Shown one piece after another: positions 35,397-41,916 of a DNA stretch of 41,916 bases; position 1 is the stretch's first letter, and the number at the start of each line of letters is the position of its first letter. The stretch comes from a virus. The stretch is taken from the UHGV virus genome UHGV-0385690; one strand, given 5' to 3'. The position numbers and the translations under genes were made by a program. The notes under the pieces are model-generated. The model was not told where the DNA came from. It saw only the letters and a list, made by a program, of their open reading frames with translations, and made no database searches.

Positions 35397-36731
35397 TTAT
35401 CTGCCAAACATATTATTTGCAACTCCCCTGAACAAGTCTGACTTAAACCCTCCCATTTTTCCATTTCTGGCTTCTTTGGAATCATCTATTGCTTGTTGCA
35501 ATCCTGCCTCGTAATCTCCACCCGCCGCCTTCATAATTTTCTTTATTTCATCATCCGGCACTCCTCTGTCATACAATTCCTGCATTACGTCTGCATCGCT
35601 TGCATTATTTTCCAACTTCTGTCTGGTGCTATAGATGTAGTATGCCCTTCCGCCCAAATTAGACTGTTTCTGTATAGTTTGTGCTTGTTTCTGGGCACTT
35701 GAACTCTTTTTAGTTCCTCCGCTGCGTGACCCTCCCCTGCCTCCACTCCTGGCTTTGGAAGCCGACAGTGCAAGCTGCTGCTGTTGGAGCGCATATTGAA
35801 GTGCATCCTGCTGTTTCTGGTAATCAAACTGTGTCTGCCAGTTCTGCTGCGCCAATGCATCCTGTGTTTTCTTGTATGCGTATTCCTCTGCCCAGCGCTG
35901 GGCATCCTGGTTGTACTGATACTCTCCAAAGTCCTGCGCATATGTACTATCATACCGGCCGGCATAATAATTAAGGTCGTTGTAGTAATCGTTGACCGTA
36001 TCCCTATACCTGCTATAGTCAATGCTGTCCTGGTTATTGACCATTCCAAGCTGGTTATACAGTTCCTGACCTTCGTTAAGGTATTGCTGATACACCCTAT
36101 CATAGATATCCATGGTCTTGTCTCCCAGCTGGCTCATGTAGTTATCATATGCCTGCTGGCCGGCTGCTGTGGCATAGGTCGATCCATATCCGCCCGTCAT
36201 TCCGGATATGTTACCGATCGTGTCACGCATAGCCTTGTTTCCCTGCTGCATATACTGTTCCCTGTAATTTTTATATAAATCCGTATCATACACGCTGTTG
36301 GGGTCGAATTGCTTCCGGTTCAGGATGCTGTTTACAATGCTGTCTATCTGACTGTCGTACTTGCTCACATAATCGCCCGGTTTATCGTCCTCCAGGTCGG
36401 CCAGCTTATCTGCATAGCTGTTTACTCTGTCCGATGGCGTATACTTCTGGTACTGGTATCCAGTCAAGTACTGGCTGTTTTTGTTTTCGGCACTTGCATT
36501 GTTTACTGGCGTTATGGTTACATTGCTTCCTGTTGTTGCCTGATTGGTTGCCTGTGGACTGGCTGCACTTCCTTTACTTCCGCTTTGCAATGCCCTCAAC
36601 AGGTTTGTGTTCTGGGCGGCTGTTCCGGCATAGTTGGTAATTCCATACTGGCTTGCGAGATTTTTTCGATTGTTATAGGAGCTATCCTGTCCTTTGCTTT
36701 TCAAATAATCGACAATGCTTGCTACTGCCAT
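35397..36731 (-). CDS. Q/N/Y/D-rich low-complexity protein with a Gly-Arg-Ser-rich C-terminal region and an N-terminal motif resembling CW_7-type binding repeats
   Basis: 444 aa. N-terminus IVDYLKSKGQDSSYNNRKNLASQYGITNYAGTAAQNTNLLRAL. Central stretches YQQYLNEGQELYNQLG...YNDLNYYAGRYD. RBS GGAAGGAGGAAA. Confidence 0.5.
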   Translation of the reverse strand: MAVASIVDYLKSKGQDSSYNNRKNLASQYGITNYAGTAAQNTNLLRALQSGSKGSAASPQATNQATTGSNVTITPVNNASAENKNSQYLTGYQYQKYTPSDRVNSYADKLADLEDDKPGDYVSKYDSQIDSIVNSILNRKQFDPNSVYDTDLYKNYREQYMQQGNKAMRDTIGNISGMTGGYGSTYATAAGQQAYDNYMSQLGDKTMDIYDRVYQQYLNEGQELYNQLGMVNNQDSIDYSRYRDTVNDYYNDLNYYAGRYDSTYAQDFGEYQYNQDAQRWAEEYAYKKTQDALAQQNWQTQFDYQKQQDALQYALQQQQLALSASKARSGGRGGSRSGGTKKSSSAQKQAQTIQKQSNLGGRAYYIYSTRQKLENNASDADVMQELYDRGVPDDEIKKIMKAAGGDYEAGLQQAIDDSKEARNGKMGGFKSDLFRGVANNMFGR

Positions 36732-36732
36732 A

Positions 36733-36906
36733 TTATTTTCCTCCTTCCTTTTCTACTTTTTCTTCCTCTTCTACTTTTTCTCCGTTGGTCAATATATTGT
36801 TTATGGATAAAAGAAAGTTCGCCTGCTGTATGCCTTCCACCCGCAGTTGATTTAACAGCATCAGAGCCATATTGATTTTTTCTTCTTCAAATGCAATCTT
36901 TACCAT
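36733..36906 (-). CDS. 57-aa acidic small ORF coupled between the fiber and the downstream gene
   Basis: ATG overlaps the fiber gene stop (ATGGTAA). Its stop immediately precedes the next ATG. MVKIAFEEEKINMALMLLNQLRVEGIQQANFLLSINNILTNGEKVEEEKVEKEGGK. Confidence 0.3.
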   Translation of the reverse strand: MVKIAFEEEKINMALMLLNQLRVEGIQQANFLLSINNILTNGEKVEEEEKVEKEGGK

Positions 36907-37847
36907 ATATTTTCCTCCTTCATTCGGTTTATTTCCTTTTCCAGTTCATCCAATTCTCTCTGTTGGGCCCGGATGGCCCCGGCATACAAAACACTATTTG
37001 TGCTGTATGGAATTGATAGATATTCCCCTCCGTGGTCCACCAAGGGCAGGTCTGTACCCAGTCTTTTCTGGAGTTCGTCTAAATCCTGGGCAATCTGTCC
37101 CATTCCTCTCTTTCCCGAATCCTTATAGGTAAATGTGACTGGTCTGAATCCCAGGACAAGCGCAAGAGCTGTCTGGTCGGGTATCTCCTCTATATTTTCT
37201 TTTAAGCGCCGGTCCGACCGTTCTGTCAGAACCTCGCAGGATACATCATAGGTCGCATTTAGATATCGGCATGTAAGGGAACCTTCCACATTGGCATTTC
37301 CCGCAATGCGCATATAGTTGGAGTACAACAGCCCATTAACGCTTATCTGCCCGGAATAGGTAATTGCCTTGGTAGTAACGGCGCCACTTTTGCTTACAAT
37401 GAAATTGTTATTGATGTTGATGGAACCGCCGTTAATGGTTCCAGAAAACTGAGCGGTTCCATCCTTGTATAACTTAAAATTGTTACTGTCTATGATAAGA
37501 TAACCGCTCTTGAATGTGATAGTGTCCGTAGTGGCAGATATCTCTGAACACAGTTCTCCTGCGCTTACCTTCATAGAAATCTCACCATTCAGCACTCGGA
37601 TTCCGGTTTCCAAGTCATTTTTCAGGTCCTTGAATTGGGTCAGAAATCCATCCATAGTAACCTCAAGCTGTGCAATGGTTGTATCCGTCTCCTGATACTT
37701 TAAAAGCGTTTCCTGCGTGAAGTTGTCCTCTGGCGTAAGGTTTCCCAGGGTATATTTCAATTGGCGGTTCAGCAACTGAACATAGCTATATACCTTCTTA
37801 ATATCAGGATTTTGACCGCCCACTGCCGGCACGTTAAAGCTTGACAC
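36900..37847 (-). CDS. tail fiber/spike protein with a C-terminal Peptidase_S74 intramolecular-chaperone domain
   Basis: C-terminal SDRRLKENIEEIPDQTALALVLGFRPVTFTYKDSGKRGMGQIAQDL...YLSIPYSTNSVLYAGAIRAQQRELDELEKEI. Upstream beta-rich repeats. Confidence 0.7.
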   Translation of the reverse strand: MSSFNVPAVGGQNPDIKKVYSYVQLLNRQLKYTLGNLTPEDNFTQETLLKYQETDTTIAQLEVTMDGFLTQFKDLKNDLETGIRVLNGEISMKVSAGELCSEISATTDTITFKSGYLIIDSNNFKLYKDGTAQFSGTINGGSININNNFIVSKSGAVTTKAITYSGQISVNGLLYSNYMRIAGNANVEGSLTCRYLNATYDVSCEVLTERSDRRLKENIEEIPDQTALALVLGFRPVTFTYKDSGKRGMGQIAQDLDELQKRLGTDLPLVDHGGEYLSIPYSTNSVLYAGAIRAQQRELDELEKEINRMKEENIW

Positions 37848-38820
37848 GGATCCGCTCCTTTCTTTCTTTGATTTCTTGTTTTATTGCTCCTATCCTCTCT
37901 TGGTTTTTCTGGATTGCTCGGGTATAGATGGCTCCATAGCTGCTGTATGGGAGGGCCAGGTGTTTTCCATGTCGTACAACCATTGGAAGGCGTCCTGCCT
38001 CTGTTTTACGATATAGATTCTGGGCAATACAGCCAATACCAGCCCGGCCGCTATCAATAAACGTGTATCGCGTTGGCACGATTGCCTTTAATGCTTCTGT
38101 CGCTTCCTGGTCAGATATAGGTTCAATCCATTTCTTACACCGTCTGTCTGATGTCTGGTGTACTCTTCTGCATGTAAGGGTTTCCGATATATAGGCATCG
38201 GCGCACGCTATGTTTCCCGTGACCGTATTTATCCGGTCATCATCATTGTATACGTCCAATTCATAAGCATATATTCCATTTGGAGGGTTTAATGTTTCTG
38301 TTGTGAATGCCCCGTCTACATAACAGCTTCCATCTGGATACACGATAAATTTCCCATCTATGTTGATTGAGCCACCTATGATATCCCCTGAAAAATACGC
38401 ATTTCCCGCTTTATCCAGGGTCATATTTTGAGCTTGTATGATGACCTGTCCTGTCTTAAGAGTGATATGCTCCCCGTACAGCTCCATCCGTGACAGCATG
38501 GTATTTACCACGTCCCCGGAATCTACCAGGAGCGATATCTTTTCACGGGTTTGTTCCAGGCTTGTATTCATCCCAGTTTCATAGTCCATCAAATCAATGG
38601 TCAAGGCGTCTTTGCTGAAGCTTATTTCTCTAGTTTTATTCTTTCGACTATCCAGGACCTTCAGAACTGAATTATCCATATTGTCCTCCAGGGTCAGATT
38701 CGACAACGTATATTTTAAATCCCGACTGAAGCGATACAGTTTACTCATGACCTGGCTCATATCTGTTTCATCCTGGTCCAACACCAGTGGTTTAAAAACT
38801 GCCACGCCTCTCACTCCCAT
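37834..38820 (-). CDS. second tail fiber/spike paralog with a C-terminal Peptidase_S74 chaperone domain
   Basis: C-terminal SDRRCKKWIEPISDQEATEALKAIVPTRYTFIDSGRAGIGCIAQNL...ALPYSSYGAIYTRAIQKNQERIGAIKQEI. Confidence 0.7.
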   Translation of the reverse strand: MGVRGVAVFKPLVLDQDETDMSQVMSKLYRFSRDLKYTLSNLTLEDNMDNSVLKVLDSRKNKTREISFSKDALTIDLMDYETGMNTSLEQTREKISLLVDSGDVVNTMLSRMELYGEHITLKTGQVIIQAQNMTLDKAGNAYFSGDIIGGSINIDGKFIVYPDGSCYVDGAFTTETLNPPNGIYAYELDVYNDDDRINTVTGNIACADAYISETLTCRRVHQTSDRRCKKWIEPISDQEATEALKAIVPTRYTFIDSGRAGIGCIAQNLYRKTEAGRLPMVVRHGKHLALPYSSYGAIYTRAIQKNQERIGAIKQEIKERKERIRVKL

Positions 38821-40357
38821 AACCTACATATTTACCTATAGCAATCAACGTAGCCGCCCCTCTGCCCTCCAGGCGATACCGGTATTTCTGGCACCGGTGT
38901 GGAATCACGTTGAGGACATAGGTACGATATGAAGCAGCCGTATAGGTGTATACTTTCTCCCAATCCTTCTGTTCATCATATTGCAGTAGAATATCCACAT
39001 CTGTCCCTGGTTCCAATTTCATGTTGAACAGGATTCGTTTTAAATACTTGAATTCTACGCTTCCATCCAGCATGTCCCCACTTTCGAGGTACCACGTTAT
39101 TTTCTCTTCCCGGTTTCCGGCCACGGTTGAAAGATTTCCGTCTATGTCGATATAGTACAGTTCACCTTCTCCATACGACATAAACCGTACATGCAAGCCG
39201 TCCTCCTTGTGCCACAAGTTTTTTTCCAGGTCAAACACATACATGGCCCATTTTCCATTCCGTTCCAAGGAGGCGTAATACTTTCCATCATACTGCCCGG
39301 CCACGCCCTGGGATACTCTGTAGTCCCCTATGGCATCTGATATACTGGATGGATTGGCACCGTCATAGCTACATATGCAGTTACGGGCCGCGTATATTAA
39401 TGTCTCATCCACCACACAAGCCGTGCTTTCACAGCCTTTTGCAATGCCTCTGGCCGGGCTGACAGTTGTAATCTGAAAATTACTTGGCTTATCACCCATG
39501 ATGGTGTGTATAGCGTCCTCCTTAAAAAACAGCACGTATCCAAGATGGGACAGACAGCCGGTGAAATCTCCATCACTGCCCACGGTCGCCGCGTAGGAAT
39601 CCGTGCTTATCCCTTCGAACGCATTCCAGTTTGCCGGATCTCCCAACTTACTTGCGTATATTTCATGGTTTTTACTTGAACAGCCCCAGATCCGGTTTCC
39701 ATTCTCACAGATATAATCCATATCGGGAACCTTCCGGCTGATGGTGAGGCCGGATGGTTGGCTAAATGATTCGGATAGGTTACCAATAATTACGAGGTAA
39801 TCGTCCGCCTTTTCCTGTATGACCGTGGTTTTATTGAATGCATCATTTGTGCATCCCGTTATCTCTACTCCATCAAATTGATGGAATGATTTCCCTATAC
39901 CTGTGCAACTGATTTTGACCATGGTTGACCCAGTTGTTGTCTGAGCAAATGTAGCTGACGAGGTTTGAGACCATTTTGTCTCCAGGTTGGTCAGTTCCTC
40001 GGTCGAGGTGTTATACATTATCTTATCCGGAAAAATAACCAGGAACGCGCCCAATCCCACTATCTGTTTATCCGTGCTTGTCACATCTGCAATCTTTTTA
40101 TCCTTGTAATACAGCTCTGTACCGTCCACATACACCAAGCCGTTTTTATAAAACAGGCCGTGAGGCGTTGTCAGGTTCTTGATGATTTTTCCCCTGGGCT
40201 TCCGTGTAGAGATGGCTGGAAAATCATCGGAGGACATGTTCTGCATGTCGGCAAATTCATTTTCGTTTATGACCGTCCCCGTATTCAGCCCCAGAAAGTT
40301 ACCTATCTGACGGCTGTTTTCTTTTGGGGCCATAGTCAGGAATGGCAATCGTCCCAT
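38792..40357 (-). CDS. large beta-rich structural protein (tail or baseplate component?)
   Basis: 521-aa ORF between the endolysin-proximal gene and the fibers. No recognisable motif. Confidence 0.4.
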   Translation of the reverse strand: MGRLPFLTMAPKENSRQIGNFLGLNTGTVINENEFADMQNMSSDDFPAISTRKPRGKIIKNLTTPHGLFYKNGLVYVDGTELYYKDKKIADVTSTDKQIVGLGAFLVIFPDKIMYNTSTEELTNLETKWSQTSSATFAQTTTGSTMVKISCTGIGKSFHQFDGVEITGCTNDAFNKTTVIQEKADDYLVIIGNLSESFSQPSGLTISRKVPDMDYICENGNRIWGCSSKNHEIYASKLGDPANWNAFEGISTDSYAATVGSDGDFTGCLSHLGYVLFFKEDAIHTIMGDKPSNFQITTVSPARGIAKGCESTACVVDETLIYAARNCICSYDGANPSSISDAIGDYRVSQGVAGQYDGKYYASLERNGKWAMYVFDLEKNLWHKEDGLHVRFMSYGEGELYYIDIDGNLSTVAGNREEKITWYLESGDMLDGSVEFKYLKRILFNMKLEPGTDVDILLQYDEQKDWEKVYTYTAASYRTYVLNVIPHRCQKYRYRLEGRGAATLIAIGKYVGYGSERRGSF

Positions 40358-40365
40358 AGAACCTC

Positions 40366-40737
40366 CTAAAATCTTGAAAATGATGCTCCGCGCTTTGGTC
40401 GGTTCTCACGCCGGAACCATGCCGCATACGCATCATATGCGCTGTTGTACATAACCACATCATTGTTATACCGTTCTGTTTCCTGATTGTGATAATCAAT
40501 TTTAGAAAGCATGTAATGGATATACACGTCTTGGAAGCGCGTTGGTATGGTCAGCTCCTTTTCCGCGTCCAGGTCATAAGACAACGGTTTAAATGTCACA
40601 TTGTATCCCTCTGCCCGGTTCACTATCTCTTCAATCACCTGGCCCTCTATCTCATTGAGCCATCCCATCATGATATCCTCACCGTATTGGCGTCCTCTCA
40701 GTCGGATGATTGTTTCTATTAATTCCCCTACTGTCAT
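40366..40737 (-). CDS. hypothetical structural-module protein (123 aa)
   Basis: ORF. Confidence 0.4.
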   Translation of the reverse strand: MTVGELIETIIRLRGRQYGEDIMMGWLNEIEGQVIEEIVNRAEGYNVTFKPLSYDLDAEKELTIPTRFQDVYIHYMLSKIDYHNQETERYNNDVVMYNSAYDAYAAWFRRENRPKRGASFSRF

Positions 40738-40746
40738 TTCTTCCCC

Positions 40747-41721
40747 CTATTCTGCCAGGCCATATGTTTGCAGGTCCGGCATGGTGGTATCCCACTCTTT
40801 TACCCATTCTCCTGAATCGTTTACCCAGCAATACACTCCTGGAGCCGTTGATTTCACATACACATTCTTTGCTATTTCCCCTGTCTTTGTTGCATAATAA
40901 TGTTTTCCCTTGACTTCAAACCATTGGGCCGCCAGCATGGCCCCGTCATCCGGGTTCATGTAGTACCAGCCCTGTTCATCTGACCCGAACCATCCCGTTA
41001 TCATTGTCCCGGCACCATCAAATACAAACCATTGAGCCCCAGCCACGGTGTTGATAAGCTCCCATTCATCCTTGATGTATGCGCCATACCGCAAGTATTT
41101 CCAGCTTCCGTCTGGCTGTTTCTCCCACCCGGTCTGTGTTTTCTTCATGTGCTGGCGGCAGGCTTCGTATGCGCACCATGATATAAACTGCTGACACCAG
41201 TACGCAGGCGTATAACCATACCACTTTCCGTACTTTGTATAGTTTTTATCTCCTGGATTTCCAGTCTTACTATCCAGGTTTTTATTGCTTTCCTTTTCGA
41301 TGTATCCCAGTTCTCCCTCCAGTACGTTGATAAATTCATCCACCGTACAGGTATCCATACTATACATGGGGCGCCCGAATCCATTGATTTTTTGTGTTCC
41401 TCCCACTGCATCAAAGGATGCTTTATAGGTATGCCGGGCGACGCATCCTCCATTACGGTCCCCTGCGTTTCCCGATGATGTGTTTCCCTCAAACGTGACA
41501 AACTCAAATGTCCGGTTCTGGTAATCGGTTTCGACTACCGCGGCAGCACCCACATGCCCGACACGGCCCAGAGATGTATAATAGAAATAGACGATATCTC
41601 CCCTTCTAGGTACAGAAAACCATCTGCCTTTTTTGGTGAAATAAGACTTTCCAGTAGGTGTGTACTGGCTATAATCGCCACATAACAGTTTCTGCCCTCT
41701 TGCGTATGCATTATCAATCAT
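40747..41721 (-). CDS. endolysin: N-terminal CHAP/NlpC-P60-like cysteine peptidase plus C-terminal choline-binding-type (CW_binding_1) repeats
   Basis: KLLCGDYSQ...GDIVYFYYTSLGRVGHVGAAAVV (Cys/His dyad). Repeats TGWFGSDEQGWYYMNPDDGAMLAAQWFEVKGKHYYATKTGEIAKNVYV. AAGGAGGA RBS before the ATG at 41721. Directly downstream of the holin. Confidence 0.65.
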   Translation of the reverse strand: MIDNAYARGQKLLCGDYSQYTPTGKSYFTKKGRWFSVPRRGDIVYFYYTSLGRVGHVGAAAVVETDYQNRTFEFVTFEGNTSSGNAGDRNGGCVARHTYKASFDAVGGTQKINGFGRPMYSMDTCTVDEFINVLEGELGYIEKESNKNLDSKTGNPGDKNYTKYGKWYGYTPAYWCQQFISWCAYEACRQHMKKTQTGWEKQPDGSWKYLRYGAYIKDEWELINTVAGAQWFVFDGAGTMITGWFGSDEQGWYYMNPDDGAMLAAQWFEVKGKHYYATKTGEIAKNVYVKSTAPGVYCWVNDSGEWVKEWDTTMPDLQTYGLAE

Positions 41722-41806
41722 AATTTCCTCCTTATGCATAAAAGGGGAAGCCCTCTGCCTCCCCTCCTGTTGACTTGTTACATATTAGATTTCGGACCAC
41801 CTCCGG

Positions 41807-41916
41807 CTATTTGGTCGCCACCCGCTCCTCTGTCTCCGGTTCCTTTCCTGCGGCTGCCGCATCCGTCAACCCTTCACCGATTATGTATGCTATCAGTGTG
41901 GCTCCACCCATGATGA
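41807..41916 (-). CDS. C-terminal part of a small membrane protein (holin second TM plus charged tail); exact in-frame continuation of the ORF at 1..127 if the sequence is circular
   Basis: Minus-strand ORF enters from the window end and reads ..IIMGGATLIAYIIGEGLTDAAAAGKEPETEERVATK, with stop TAG at 41807..41809. Joined to 1..127, the phase is conserved (codon A|TC) and the product is a 79-aa two-TM protein with a charged C-terminus. Confidence 0.5.
   Translation of the reverse strand, partial: IMGGATLIAYIIGEGLTDAAAAGKEPETEERVATK

Noticed and set aside
28441-36875. Numerous 60-190-aa plus-strand ORFs inside the giant gene, the 444-aa gene and the fiber genes (for example 32361..32870, 35784..36278, 36309..36875)
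   Set aside because: They are antisense to long, well-supported minus-strand genes, lack RBSs, and have Cys/Leu/Phe-rich compositions typical of antisense frames.
1-41916. CRISPR arrays, rRNA genes, canonical tRNA genes
   Set aside because: No direct-repeat and spacer arrays were seen. The only tRNA-related sequences are the 3' fragment at 27105..27150 and the D-arm-less tRNA-like element at 12712..12775, neither a complete canonical tRNA.

Overview
The window looks like a complete, circularly permuted temperate phage genome of about 41.9 kb from a Gram-positive (Firmicutes/Clostridia-type) host, rather than an ordinary chromosomal stretch. Strong AGGAGG ribosome-binding sites and an endolysin with choline-binding-type cell-wall repeats support the host assignment. 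Nearly all genes are on the minus strand. In transcription order (descending coordinates) the content is as follows. (1) A lysogeny switch at 22.9-27.3 kb: divergent consensus promoters, an XRE repressor, an Xis-like protein, a tyrosine integrase, and an intact attP whose core is the 3' end of a tRNA flanked by phased arm repeats. Between the repressor and the integrase sits a strongly AT-rich single-gene island encoding a membrane-anchored, coiled-coil Mrr-like nuclease. (2) A leftward early operon with a candidate OOP-like antisense small RNA, a tandem-HTH regulator, a ParA/HNH/ParB cluster, a DUF551 protein, a Dam methyltransferase and an IS110-family insertion. (3) An internal second tyrosine recombinase beside a D-arm-less tRNA-like element, and a rolling-circle (HUH) Rep with hairpins. 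(4) A head module: TerS, TerL, portal, a Prp-type protease, scaffold and major capsid. The scaffold and the capsid protein both carry an N-terminal motif that mimics ribosomal protein L27, the cellular Prp substrate. (5) A repeat-rich fiber-like protein, followed by two small accessory genes (tandem DUF2829/Tad2-like and DUF4406) behind a duplicated upstream cassette. (6) A lysis cassette whose holin ORF is split across the two window ends in frame, followed by a CHAP plus cell-wall-binding endolysin. (7) Two tail fibers with S74 intramolecular-chaperone domains, a Q/N/Y-rich protein, and a 2677-aa virion protein with a glycine-rich membrane region and a DUF4157-like HExxH motif. No tail tube, sheath or tape-measure genes are recognisable, which suggests a short-tailed virion. 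No CRISPR arrays or rRNA genes are present.
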